Origin: Monocercomonoides exilis PA203
Lineage: Eukaryota > Protista > Preaxostyla
Assembly: GCA_001643675.2 (NCBI GenBank)
Contig: LSRY02000008.1
Span: 1,054,001-1,118,000 of the forward strand
Direction of reading: 5' to 3'
Length of the DNA: 64,000 nt
Shown here: positions 27,331 through 41,000 of the stretch, piece by piece
Layout: every line of letters starts with the position of its first letter
How positions within the stretch are numbered: position 1 is the first letter of the stretch
Notes under the pieces: model-generated
Databases searched by the model: none
What the model saw: only the letters and a program-made list of their open reading frames with translations
What the model was told of the DNA's origin: nothing
Program-made: the position numbers and the translations under genes

Positions 27331-28739
27331 ATTCCAATATATTTAGTGAAGAAGTTGATATGTTTCATGTGATGTTGGCGATTGATGCAATGCCGTATTA
27401 AACAAGTTAACAACACAAGGAAACAATTATCCATATTGAAGAATTTCTGGCTGTTGTTCTGTTATTTATCAATAAAATTGAACTTCTTCCAATCAATTCA
27501 CTTTCTTTTTGCAATGCCCTCTCCTTTCCCCTCAAAAATAGAAATTGTTGATTTTTCTCAATTTCTTTTCATTTCCATTTTTCCTCTTCCATTCAGCTCA
27601 CAAACTTCTCATTAAGTATCAATCCATTCATTTTCTTCATCTTTCCCATTCTCTTCCATAAAACATACTTCTCCACTCATAAAAAAAATACCCCTCTTCC
27701 AATTGAACACTTCATTATATTCCTCTTCTTTCCCGCTTTTGCCCTCTTTTCTTTCTCTTCAAAAATAATATTCTCCCATCAACAATAAGCCCTCCTTCAT
27801 CATCCCCAACTTTCTCTCTATATTTAAACTTTATTATTTTCTCCAAATCTCCACTTGCTCTTCCACATCCTTCTGTCTCAGAATTTCTTCCTTTCAAAAG
27901 CCCCTCTTGAAATATAAACATTCAAAAAAACACTCAACTCTCACCCTCTCCCACAAATAATCCTCTTCTATCTCTTCTCTGCCCCATATCCCTCATGTGC
28001 ATAGTGTTGGTGAGATAAACCTCAAATACTTCTTTGGATGGTTGAGAATATTATTAAAGGAGATGATCATAGTTGAAAAGAAAAAACACCTCTGGGCATC
28101 CACCACAATGTGTACGGGCTGAGAAGACACTCCAGTGAGATACACGATATATTTTGTGGAGATGCATTCCATGCTGCAATTTGACCATTCTGAGGCTGAA
28201 ATGAAGAGATTGAATTTTTGAATGATGATTGTTGTGGAAATGAGTGTGTTTGGCAAAAAACAGTTGAAGGGCAGTTTGGTCTTTATTTATTTTTCTATAT
28301 ATGAACATTAACATGTTGAATGTTTTTGTGTTGTTTTCATGGCAGGAGGTGGAAATGAATGAAAATGAATGAAAGCGGGATGTCGCGTTGTGCAGGGAGA
28401 CCATCGAGTTGGGAGAGCGAATTCATATGGAAAGTGCCCAGGGTGAAGGGATTGGGAAGGGAATTGGAGATGATATTTTTTGACAAAAAACAGGACATTT
28501 TTCAATGATGAGGGTGGAATTGAGCAAAATGCATAAATCTCACATTTTTCAGAAGAGCAATAAATCGATGCATTTGATGGAGAAATGACTTCTGGAAAGG
28601 ATGATTTGCAAAACAGATGATGAAACGCCGATAATTGAATGTTTTTATTTTATATTTATCGATTTCAACTAATCTTATTTTATATTTTTTCGATAATATT
28701 ATTTAACTGTTTTTAACTTAAGATATTGATTTATATCGT

Positions 28740-29448
28740 TATTGGGATTATTGTTATCACATTTTTAAAACCAGCAAATTTATGCTTTGTTCTGTTCATT
28801 GAAGCTTTGATATTTTTTTGGAAAAAAAATTTTATTTTTCGAAATTTAAATAAAAACAATTTGAAATGAATTAAAATCAACAAATAATAAGTAATACAAA
28901 TATATTTAACTTTATTTTTACGTAATTTCAAATAAAAATTCTCGCATCAATCCCACCCTTAATGAAAAAATTTTTTGATCAAACGTCGGAATTTTTTATG
29001 ATATCAAAAAAAATCACCCACATGGTTGATTTGTTTTGGTAACATATCTTATTTCAAGGTGAAAACTGTATCCAAGTTTAACGTAATTGATAACATAATT
29101 TTGAAGTCTGAATATTTTCGAAAAGTTCCTTTTGTTTTGTTCTCAGGAGAAAATGAAAAATGAATATGGGTGATTTTTTTTGATATCATAAAAAATAACG
29201 TAGTTTGATCATAAAAAAATTTCATAAAGGGTGAGGTTGAAAAGATTAATTTTATTTGAAATTGCATGAGAATATAGATCAATATATTATAATTATTAAT
29301 TATTTGTTGATTTTAATTTGTTTCTAACTGTTATTATTACAAATTTTGAAAAAATCATATTATTCAAATTCAAAAAATATCAAAACTGCAGCAAACAGAA
29401 CGAAATACTCGTTCAAACGTTTATATTCCATGACAATAATTACAATAA
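28740..29448. repeat. Diverged ~280-bp inverted repeat (28740-29020 / 29167-29448): two copies of the same element end, 146 bp apart
   Basis: The reverse complement of 28740-29020 aligns by eye with 29167-29448 (TGGGTGATTTTTTTTGATATCATAAAAAAT...GTTTGATCA...AAGGGTG...TTTTATTTGAAATT...TTATTTGTTGATTTTAATT...AAAAAATATCAAA...ACAATAAT). Confidence 0.85.
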
Positions 29449-29799
29449 TATGTTATTAGTAATTTTTTTTATTAAATTTTGTTTTATGATGTTATTGAAT
29501 AGAAATTTTAAAATAGCTGTTGAAGATAATAAAACTTTTGTTGAATTTTATCAATTCACATTAACACTTACGCAAAAATATAATTGTAACATAAGACACT
29601 CATCAAGTTATCAACTGTTTGTTGATAAATTTGTTTGCAAACAAATAATCTTAGAAATATTTAGTTATAATCTAAATATCAAAGTTTTAGATAAATAAAG
29701 AAAATATTAAAAAATGAAAAGAAACTCGTCAATTTTTGCTTTTTCCACTAAAAAAGCTTTTATCGCACGAACATCTTCATTTTATCTTCCTCTCTTCGT

Positions 29800-32700
29800 T
29801 TCTCCTCTGATTCTCTCTATCTCCTTCTCATCAATTATATGTCATCCAGTTATCTGCCTCCTTTGATGCTCTGTTTTTGTCTGTCTGTTCGTTTTGAGAA
29901 CAGATTTGTTATAAACCAGTTCCACATGTGAAGATATGAACAACAGAATGGTGCATGAATCTCAAGCGCTGAACCACAATTCCAGTATCCTTGTCGTTCC
30001 ACTTTCTCCGTATCGCTTCTGCGTCCCCTTCCGTGGAACTCGCATCCCTCTGATCGCTTTCCCTTTGCTCGCTGGCTCTGCTCTCGTTGTCATTAGCCCA
30101 TCCGCCCTGGCTGGCAAGGCTGCCTTGAGGTGGCTTCCATAGACATCAGAAAAGACTTCGCTTTGGACTCTGCCTGCATCACCTTTCACCGCGCTCACCA
30201 GATATTCGTTAACCAGCACACTGGCTTCTCTTTCCATCAGTGTGGCTCCCCGCTTTCCTCCGCGCTTCTCTCTCCAAAGTCATCCACCACATCTCCCCTT
30301 CCATCGGCAACATCCTCTGGGTATGATGCTCCTCCTTCTTCGATGCCCTGACCTCCCTTACAGACATCCGATCCGAATTCGTACAGTAGAGTCTTTTTCT
30401 TGTTTTTTAAAACATTATCAGTTGGCTATAGACGTATTTCTCAATGGCTGTATCATCCTTAAAGTTATTCCTCCCTCTATTTCTCCCTTCGCATCCATCC
30501 TCTTTTCTCTTTCTTTCCATCCTTTCCTTCTTCCTTCTCTCCTTCTCTCTCATCCTCCTTGCCCAGATCTCATCCTCTCTCATTTCCAGTACTTTCATTC
30601 CTTTCTCAGTTAACCTCAGCTCCGGAGGGCATTTCAGTATGAGGCCAAAATCCCTTCTTCTTCATAGCACACAAGCTTCTCAATGCACCATCCATCAACA
30701 GGCAGAAGCAATACGTTGTCTTCCATTGTGCTTCTCCGCCGGCATGTCTCAGCACATCCGACCCAGTGGTGGAGAAGAGAATGAAGTGTGAAATGGAGCG
30801 AGCACTGTATTTCTTGAAGAACAGAAGAAGAAGAGGAAGATGAAGAAAACGTAGAAGAAGAATATGTAACTGCGTTTGTATGTGGAGACGATGTCGAAAT
30901 AGTCATTCGAATTTATGCTGAAGAAGATGGAAATAATTTTCCATCTGGTTTCGAAGAGGCATTTAGATGAGAAGAAATAATACCATTTGGCTGATTTTCT
31001 GCATCATCTTCGTTTTCCTCGTGTGCTGTTTCAGGAGAACTGTGAGTCGTTGCATTTTTGGCTTCATTTTCGCTTTTTTTTTCATTTTCATTTCCTTTCT
31101 CTGATTTCTTTTTTGAAGAAATAGAAAAAGAGAGCAGACTTGATGAAGATGGAAAAGAGGACAATGACGATGAAGAGGGATAAGAAGAAGCAGTGGAAGA
31201 AGTTGACATCAAAGAAGAATGTGATAGAGACGAGTTCCTATTCTGACTTGCTTCCGGCTTCCTCTTTTGTTTTTTGACTTCACCTGCATTTTGCGTGAGA
31301 GTTGAGAATGGATATGTTATAGAGATCGGTTTGAGGATGTTGCTGCTGTGTTTTTTTTTTTTTTTATTTTTTATTTTTTATTTTTTTTATTTTATTTTTA
31401 TTTTTTATTTTTATTTTTTTTTGATTGTGTGTGAGTGGTTGGCGGCAATGAAGAAATTGTTTGAAAACAGATGCATTTTGAGAGAATGATAAGGAAGATG
31501 AACCAGAAGATGAAGAAAAAATAAATGATGACGATGTTGCTGCAATGGCTTTTGAATGAAGAGATATAGCCGATACTGATGATCTGGATTTTGAATGAGA
31601 TGACTTTGAGGAATGAGTTTGAAAAAAATGCAAAGAAGAAGAGGGAGAAGAAGCAAACGTGTTTGGAGATGGTTAAGAAGGATGCGAAACTTCAGCTTCA
31701 CTACTATAAGCAGAAGAAATAAAAGAAGAAGCCGAAGCAGAAGAAGAATTATCATTTTTGCTTGTTTGTTGTTCTTGAAAATTTTCTTTGAATTTCACAA
31801 GACATTCATCAAACAGCATGCTTTTCAGCAAAGAAGTTGAAGAAGAAGCAAAATGAGCTCTCAAATTAAGCATCGAAAAACGCCTTCGCATTTTCGCTTC
31901 GCTTTTTCTCCGAATGTGTATGTTCTTTTGGAGCATAATTTTCTTTTTGTTCTTCTTGTTCTTCTTCTTTCGTTGTTCTTTTGAAGGAGACAAGTTTTCT
32001 GAATTGTCTTTTTCTCCTTCTTCTGCAGCTTGGAGTGTGCTTTTATTGTAAAACACATCTCCAAAGCTTCCAAATTGAACAGCCTTCCTATCAAAATACA
32101 GATCATCTCGAACCGACAGCTCTTTCATCATCCAAACAAGTGGAAATTCAACATTCTCCTTCATCCGCACCTTCCTCTGCTTTGCTCCACTTTTAATGTT
32201 CGATTAGCTTCTCTCAATCTTCTTCTTCTTCAGATACGAAACAAATACCTCTTTCTTCTTCTCAGCCTGCTCCAGCGCCTTCTTCTGCTAGTCTTCGAGC
32301 TTTTCACGTTTTTTCTCCGAGTTTTCCTTCTCTTCCTCCAGCAGCTCCTCTCTCTCCTTCTCTGTCTCTTTCTTCTGCATCTTCTCCATCTTCCTCTGTG
32401 TCGCTTTCTCTTCCTCAATTCTATCGATGCGGCTTGGAATGGCTGACAATTTTGGCTCAGGAAAGCACAGTGACGAAGTAGGAACGGACGCTGTGAGGCA
32501 GAAGAAAGCGAAGAGGGAAGAGAGGAAGAAGGAACAGAATGCCACATTTGATGGGTGGGAGATGGGGTGCTGGTGGGAAAAGGAGATAAAGAGCACATTG
32601 AAAGAGGAGGCGAAAGTGATAATGGTGAAGAAGGCAAAGCATTGACAATTTGATTGTAATCAGATGGAATATGTGAGAATAGAGAAGAAGGTTATGATGA

Positions 32701-35248
32701 TGATAAAGAAGAGGAGGAAGGAAAAGAAGAGAAGGATGTTGATGGAGTTGGCTGAGGAATTGACTGAGGAGTCTGATTCGGTCCAATTGAAGTTGTGTTA
32801 ACAGCTTTTTGCTGGTTAAAAGGCTATTTTTTCATTCTTTCTGCTTCTCTTTCTCTTTCTTCTCTCAGCTTCCTTTCTTTTATTCGCCTCAATCTTTCGT
32901 CAAATTTCATTCTCGCTTTCGTTTATTGCTCCTCTCACCACATCCCATCTTTCACTTCCTCCTCAAACAACTTGTCATCTAAAAGCGCAATGTGACAAAC
33001 AATTATCAGAGTCGGCATCCTTTCGCTTATCAGCGACGAATACGGCGAAAGAAAATCTGTATTCTTTTTCTCCTCTTTCCTCCTCTTCATCCCTTCCAAT
33101 GAAGCATGAATGCTGCTTCGTGGATTTTTTGCGCATTTGTTGGAACTTTGTGGAGGGATCAATAAAGAAATCTGAGGGATAGACAAAGCAGTGGCTGATG
33201 ATTGAGTTATTTTTGAGACTAAAGCTTTGTTTGTAGTTGTATTCTCTGACATAAAGAAATCATCATTGTCTTCTTGAAACAAAACCTCATTCTCTTTGCT
33301 GCATTTCTTCCTTTAAGCTGCTATTTTTTTTTCTAATTTTCTGGATAGCGGAAAACCTTCTAGCTGCTCTGTGAAGAAGAAGAAGATGATGATGAAATTA
33401 CTGAAGAAATGTCACGAGCATGCCTGCCTTTCAACGAAGCTGATTTCGACACTTCAGACTCACTTCCGTTCAAAACACTCTGCTCGCTTTTCCTTCTCTC
33501 TTCTTCCTCTTTGTCTTCGACAATAAATTGCACCTTTCCTCTTATGTTTTTCTTCATTGCATTCGCCCCTGCAACTTCTGCCTCCCTCATTTGTTGAATG
33601 GAACTCAAAAACTCTTCGTCCGCCACAACTTTCCCAGACAGCAGCCATTATTCGCAGGAAGGAATAACAAGAGATGTTCTTCCTTAATCAAATGACTCCA
33701 AATGCATCATTCTATCGACTTTGCTTTTGGAAATACCATCTTTCTCTGTCTATAAAGAACCCTCGTGTTCAATTCTTTCTCCTCTTTCTCTTCCTCTTTC
33801 ATTCATTTGTTCATTCTCGTTCATATTCTTCATTTTCTTCCTGTTGACCTCTTTTTCTTTTCTTCCCAGCATCTGCCTGAAGAACTCCACCTCAAACAAA
33901 GGGGCATCCGCATAACAGAAGAACGATGGATGGAAAAGCGGTGTTAACGAAGGAGAAGAACATATCAGAGTGAATGAGTAAGTGTGTGAGCGTGTTATAA
34001 AAAGAAGGCGCGCGTTTTGATGAGTGAGGGAGTTGAGAAAGAGGCAGCAGAGACAAGGGTGGAGTCGGGAGATGGAAAGCAGAGAGGAAGAAGAGAGAGG
34101 ATAAGGAATTGTTTGTGTGATTGAACTGAGGCATGGCTCACTGCTGTCAAAGGAAGTTTTCACAGAGGCAGCTGAAGAAGAAGTCGATAAAGATGTTGCT
34201 GTTGGGTTTGCAAAAACAGAAGCAGAACTTGACAATGATGAAAAGAAAGAAGATGCATTTAAAGTCATTTCAAATGTTGTTGTTTGAGCATTTGCTGCTT
34301 TATAAATATGTTTGCTTTTGTGGGAATTCAAATGATTCGTGATTGTGGGGACAATCATCCCTCCTCTCTCTTCTCTCTCTCTTTTTTTTTCCTCTTTCTT
34401 TCTTCATAGTTATTCAAGTCCAAAAAATCGTATTGAGTGCCTGAAACATCATAGCTCAGTTCGTTTTGTCTTCCTTCTCCCTTAATACGCGAAGCAGAAA
34501 CAGAAGAATGGCGCACCAGTGAAGAACAAGGTGGTGAATTTTCAATCAATTCTTGTTCTTCCATTGCATGTTGGTCTTTGCAGTTTTATTTTTGTTCTCT
34601 GTCAGCTCTTCAGCTTCTCTCTTTCTGAGATCAGATCCTCCAGCGACTCAAAGTTGATGAGCATTTCTCTGCCCCACTTCACTCCACAAACATGATTGAA
34701 TAAAATATCGATGCTGGAGTGAATTAGATATTCTGCGAAGAAATTTGAGATTGTTCTCTTTTAGAAGAAAAAAAGGAAGAAGAAGAGGAAGAAGAGGAAG
34801 AAGAAGAAGAAGAAGGAGAACAAGAAGATGAAAATGCAGAGGAAAAGAGATAAACCCGAGGCATGTCATGAGGAGCAAAAGAGTAGGAGTGATGAAGATG
34901 GAGATGATGACTTCATTTTCGATGAGAAAGATGATATAGATGAGAAGAATTGGAAGAAGGAAGGAAGAAATCAGTAATTGTGTTGTTGTGGTATTTGTTT
35001 GAGGAAGAAGGATGAAAATATATGTTAGAAGAAGAAGAGGAAGAAGAAGAAGAAGATAGTAACGAAGATGAAATTCCTGAAATTCCTAGATATTTTCCAT
35101 GTTTTTTCTGTTTGTTTGCATCATCATTCATTCTGTTTGAAGATATATTGAAATTCTGCTTGTCTGGAGAAGGAAGAAGATGTGTTTCTTCTCTTTGAAA
35201 AGAGCGATGAGGAAAGGAAAAGATATTGGATTTGAGACGATCAGATGA

Positions 35249-35281
<33 letters not shown>

Positions 35282-37550
35282 TTGGTGGAAGTCAAAGGAG
35301 GTTTAGTAATGAAAGTGATCGAAGTTGCATTTGAACATGTTTCATCTGCTGCTTCTTTCTCCACATCCGAGGAAGAGGTAGCAAAAGAGAAAGATATTTG
35401 GACATAGCAACATTCAGTTGCCTCACAATCAACTGGCCGTGATGACGATCAGAAGGAAGATGATATAAAAGATGATGCTAATTCTTGCTGCTCCGTTCTT
35501 TCAGCAGCCGCTCCTTCAAATTGTTCAGATTTGTACGAATAAATTTGGTCATCCAATGGTCCTTTTAAAGATTCTATGGTTATCGTGTTTGCGTATCCTT
35601 TTCAGCATCTTCTTCCTTCTCTTTCACTCTCACTCTCTTCTTCTTCGTTTTCTTTTCTGACTTTTTCAAGTTCTTTGTTAATTTCTTTTCTTAATTCCTT
35701 TTATAACCTCCTTTCATCTGCTTTGATGGTAATTCACCTCAATCTCCCTCATTTCCTCGACCTCCTTCATCTTCCAAATCATCATTTCACCTCTTCATTT
35801 TCTCCTCTTTCTGTCCCTTTCGATCTGAGCACTCTACGAAATGAATCTGTATTCTTTTGATAAAAAAAAATTCATTTTTCCCTTTTGCCTCTGGCTCAGC
35901 AGAACTCTTCATCTGATGGCCAGCCCTTCTTCTGTGTGGATGAAGACATGGAGAATAGGAAGAAAGCAAACCAAGTGGAAAAGCTGAGGAAGGAGTAGGA
36001 GAAGAAGAATGAGTATGTTGCTGTTTATTCTGTGCCTGTGAATGAATAAGGAGTTGCAGTTGAGAAAAGCAGAAGAGGGAAAATGAGTTTCTCAAAGCTG
36101 AGTAAAATCGAAGTTGGAAATCTGCACAAAGTTGCCTTTTTTGTCACTTTATGTATAAATCGAAAGAAATTGTCTCCGTTACAGTCATTTGTTTCCGTCT
36201 TTCATTCGCCTCGCTTTATTTTCTTTTAAGCTGTTTTTCTTTCTGTTCTCAAAAAGAAATGAAATATTTTCCTTTATATTTTCTGCAGTTGCATCTATTT
36301 TCAGCTTGCAATCACAGGGCAGGTGGAAGAGCGAACGAATAATAAACAGCAATAGCAGATACCAATAAAGCTCGCAGTTGATAATAACTTCTGAAATTTT
36401 TATAGAAAATTGAACTGCCATTTTTAAAATGCTGTTGTTGATGTAACAGATGCTTCTGCTTCTGCTTCTGCTGTTTCTATCGTGTTGGGAGTGATTTTTC
36501 TTGCTTGTCTGTTTTGTGTTCTCGTAATCATAGAAATCATCATATATGGCGTTTCTTTCTTCTTCAATTGAATCACACTTCATTTTCTCATCTTCTTCAT
36601 TCATTTCTCCGACTCTTTCTATTTCTCTCCCTTTTCTCGGAGCAAATTCTTGATCCTTCATCTTCATCTGCAAATTCAGCTGTTCTTCATTTGATCGATT
36701 GAACAGCAAATGGGAAGATCTGAACGTAAAACAACACATTGCTTCAAATTCAGTCGAAATTTTCAATACAAATTGGATAATGCATCAGAGATGATGATAT
36801 ATTGGAATGGGATGTGGAAGAAGAAGAAGCTGTAGAATAAGAAGAAGAAAAAGAAGAAGAAGACGAAGATTAAGAAGAAGATGAAGAAGAAGATATTGAA
36901 GTTTCAAATGCCATCTAATATTCAATGTCTGCCTCCTGCTTCAAATGTCCAACAAATTGATTTGCAAATCAAATTGTTATTCCATCAGAACATGACAATA
37001 ATTTTCCAAAAAATACTCAATGAATAGAAAGTGCCAAATCCATTTCTGTGAAAGTGACTTGTCTCTCTTTTCGGTTTAGCTGATTTCCTTGTCTTCCATG
37101 TGTAATTTTGTTAATCTTTAGCCATCTTCTCCTTATTTCATTCATCGACGTTGAGTAAAAGGCTATTAACATTTTCCAAAAAAAGAATCTCCAAAAGCAA
37201 TATCTTTTCGAGCAATGCTCAAAAAGAATAAATTTTATCAGATTCACTCAATTTTCGTTCATTCCATATCCCGAAGAAGGAAGAAGATGAAGACGAAAAA
37301 AATAAACCAAATACGGCTGTCAGCAATAAAATATGAAGAAAAAGATAAGCAGATATTGTAAATAAAATTCCTCTCTCTGTCGGAGTGGCTTGTGGTAAAA
37401 TTGAGCCAAATGAGAAGAAGTCTGTAGTATTTCCAGTAGAATGCTCAGCAAAACAAGAATCATCAAAATTAACAGTGCTATCGGAAAAAACATTTTGTGT
37501 GTTGAATGAAACAGTCATTGGGCATTGAAATGCTTCATTTGTGTGAGGCT
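29800..37550 (-). pseudogene. Long degenerate low-complexity hypothetical gene; ends approximate
   Basis: Many short protein-like minus-strand ORFs in changing frames (37219..37518, 36185..36766, 33750..34358, 32935..33282, 31673..32170, 29962..30237). No domain recognised. Confidence 0.45.
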
Positions 37551-37954
37551 CTCTTGTTGTTCAACTAATTCATATCAATAATCTTGTTGAATAATCTGAG
37601 GTTGAAAAGGAATGATGAATTCAGAAAATTTTCCGCATGAACACGCCTTTATGAATATAGTCATTTTTGAAAGAAATTGTTCTCTACACAAACAAGAAAT
37701 ATGGAAAAAAAAGTTCTTTATTTGAAAAATAAAAAATATAACGATCAAATCAGGCTTTTGTTTATCAAGAATGAATCCTTTCAAAAGAAAACATAACGGA
37801 ATTGGAAAAAGGAGCATCAAACGGGATGTGAAAAATCTAGAAAATATTTTCGGAAAAATGTCTGAGAACCATGCAGAACTTGTTCTCGTATCATTTTTAC
37901 AATCTACGGAGCAAGGAAAAAAACTTTTGGAAACATTGTCCAAATCAAAAACAT

Positions 37955-38043
37955 GTTTGTATATGTTTTATTATAGAATACAAAATTACTAATATTCAAA
38001 CATCATTTTTACAAATATATTTGAATTATTATATTTTCAACAG
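37955..38043 (+). other. Spliceosomal intron, 89 nt, phase 1
   Basis: GTTTGT donor like the other introns here, AT-rich body, TTTTCAACAG acceptor. Splicing joins exon 1 to the repeat/USP frame. Confidence 0.7.
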
Positions 38044-38097
38044 TTATACCAGAAGAACATTACAAAGAAACAGATCCTCACTTAGATTCAGTAAGCA

Positions 38098-41000
38098 CTA
38101 AATCATTAACATCAGAATAAAGTCCAATTGCTTCTGTGCCAGCAACTTCGAATAATTCTGAATTATTATCATCAGATTTAAGTCCAATTGCTTCTGTGCC
38201 AGCAACTTCGAATAATTCTGAATTATTATCATCAGATTTAAGTCCAATTGCTTCTGTGCCAGCAACTTCGAATAATTCTGAATTATTATCATCAGATTTA
38301 AGTCCAATTGCTTCTGTGCCAGCAACTTCGAATAATTCTGAATTATTATCATCAGATTTAAGTCCAATTGCTTCTGTGCCAGCAACTTCGAATAATTCTG
38401 AATTATTATCATCAGATTTAAGTCCAATTGCTTCTGTGCCAGCAACTTCGAATAATTCTGAATTATTATCATCAGATTTAAGTCCAATTGCTTCTGTGCC
38501 AGCAACTTCGAATAATTCTGAATTATTATCATCAGATTTAAGTCCAATTGCTTCTGTGCCAGCAACTTCGAATAATTCTGAATTATTATCATCAGATTTA
38601 AGTCCAATTGCTTCTGTGCCAGCAACTTCGAATAATTCTGAATTATTATCATCAGATTTAAGTCCAATTGCTTCTGTGCCAGCAACTTCGAATAATTCTG
38701 AATTATTATCATCAGATTTAAGTCCAATTGCTTCTGTGCCAGCAACTTCGAATAATTCTGAATTATTATCATCAGATTTAAGTCCAATTGCTTCTGTGCC
38801 AGCAACTTCGAATAATTCTGAATTATTATCATCAGATTTAAGTCCAATTGCTTCTGTGCCAGCAACTTCGAATAATTCTGAATTATTATCATCAGATTTA
38901 AGTCCAATTGCTTCTGTGCCAGCAACTTCGAATAATTCTGAATTATTATCATCAGATTTAAGTCCAATTGCTTCTGTGCCAGCAACTTCGAATAATTCTG
39001 AATTATTATCATCAGATTTAAGTCCAATTGCTTCTGTGCCAGCAACTTCGAATAATTCTGAATTATTATCATCAGATTTAAGTCCAATTGCTTCTGTGCC
39101 AGCAACTTCGAATAATTCTGAATTATTATCATCAGATTTAAGTCCAATTGCTTCTGTGCCAGCAACTTCGAATAATTCTGAATTATTATCATCAGATTTA
39201 AGTCCAATTGCTTCTGTGCCAGCAACTTCGAATAATTCTGAATTATTATCATCAGATTTAAGTCCAATTGCTTCTGTGCCAGCAACTTCGAATAATTCTG
39301 AATTATTATCATCAGATTTAAGTCCAATTGCTTCTGTGCCAGCAACTTCGAATAATTCTGAATTATTATCATCAGATTTAAGTCCAATTGCTTCTGTGCC
39401 AGCAACTTCGAATAATTCTGAATTATTATCATCAGATTTAAGTCCAATTGCTTCTGTGCCAGCAACTTCGAATAATTCTGAATTATTATCATCAGATTTA
39501 AGTCCAATTGCTTCTGTGCCAGCAACTTCGAATAATTCTGAATTATTATCATCAGATTTAAGTCCAATTGCTTCTGTGCCAGCAACTTCGAATAATTCTG
39601 AATTATTATCATCAGATTTAAGTCCAATTGCTTCTGTGCCAGCAACTTCGAATAATTCTGAATTATTATCATCAGATTTAAGTCCAATTGCTTCTGTGCC
39701 AGCAACTTCGAATAATTCTGAATTATTATCATCAGATTTAAGTCCAATTGCTTCTGTGCCAGCAACTTCGAATAATTCTGAATTATTATCATCAGATTTA
39801 AGTCCAATTGCTTCTGTGCCAGCAACTTCGAATAATTCTGAATTATTATCATCAGATTTAAGTCCAATTGCTTCTGTGCCAGCAACTTCGAATAATTCTG
39901 AATTATTATCATCAGATTTAAGTCCAATTGCTTCTGTGCCAGCAACTTCGAATAATTCTGAATTATTATCATCAGATTTAAGTCCAATTGCTTCTGTGCC
40001 AGCAACTTCGAATAATTCTGAATTATTATCATCAGATTTAAGTCCAATTGCTTCTGTGCCAGCAACTTCGAATAATTCTGAATTATTATCATCAGATTTA
40101 AGTCCAATTGCTTCTGTGCCAGCAACTTCGAATAATTCTGAATTATTATCATCAGATTTAAGTCCAATTGCTTCTGTGCCAGCAACTTCGAATAATTCTG
40201 AATTATTATCATCAGATTTAAGTCCAATTGCTTCTGTGCCAGCAACTTCGAATAATTCTGAATTATTATCATCAGATTTAAGTCCAATTGCTTCTGTGCC
40301 AGCAACTTCGAATAATTCTGAATTATTATCATCAGATTTAAGTCCAATTGCTTCTGTGCCAGCAACTTCGAATAATTCTGAATTATTATCATCAGATTTA
40401 AGTCCAATTGCTTCTGTGCCAGCAACTTCGAATAATTCTGAATTATTATCATCAGATTTAAGTCCAATTGCTTCTGTGCCAGCAACTTCGAATAATTCTG
40501 AATTATTATCATCAGATTTAAGTCCAATTGCTTCTGTGCCAGCAACTTCGAATAATTCTGAATTATTATCATCAGATTTAAGTCCAATTGCTTCTGTGCC
40601 AGCAACTTCGAATAATTCTGAATTATTATCATCAGATTTAAGTCCAATTGCTTCTGTGCCAGCAACTTCGAATAATTCTGAATTATTATCATCAGATTTA
40701 AGTCCAATTGCTTCTGTGCCAGCAACTTCGAATAATTCTGAATTATTATCATCAGATTTAAGTCCAATTGCTTCTGTGCCAGCAACTTCGAATAATTCTG
40801 AATTATTATCATCAGATTTAAGTCCAATTGCTTCTGTGCCAGCAACTTCGAATAATTCTGAATTATTATCATCAGATTTAAGTCCAATTGCTTCTGTGCC
40901 AGCAACTTCGAATAATTCTGAATTATTATCATCAGATTTAAGTCCAATTGCTTCTGTGCCAGCAACTTCGAATAATTCTGAATTATTATCATCAGATTTA

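Larger units (their letters stand above)
22587..29020. mobile_element. Putative non-autonomous pogo-related TIR element (6.4 kb) with host-like cargo
   Basis: TGGGTGATTTTTTTT(T)GATATCATAAAAA at 22587 and its reverse complement ending at 29020. CA flanks both ends. The termini resemble the GGGTGATTTTTTT TIR of the intact pogo. No transposase recognised inside. Confidence 0.5.

Noticed and set aside
813-38120. Alternative genetic code (TAA/TAG = Gln, as in Streblomastix) to explain in-frame TAR codons
   Set aside because: The same genes also have frameshifts and TGA stops. Long frames use CAA/CAG without TAR (none in the 514-codon pogo). TAA 38118 replaces a Leu TTA.
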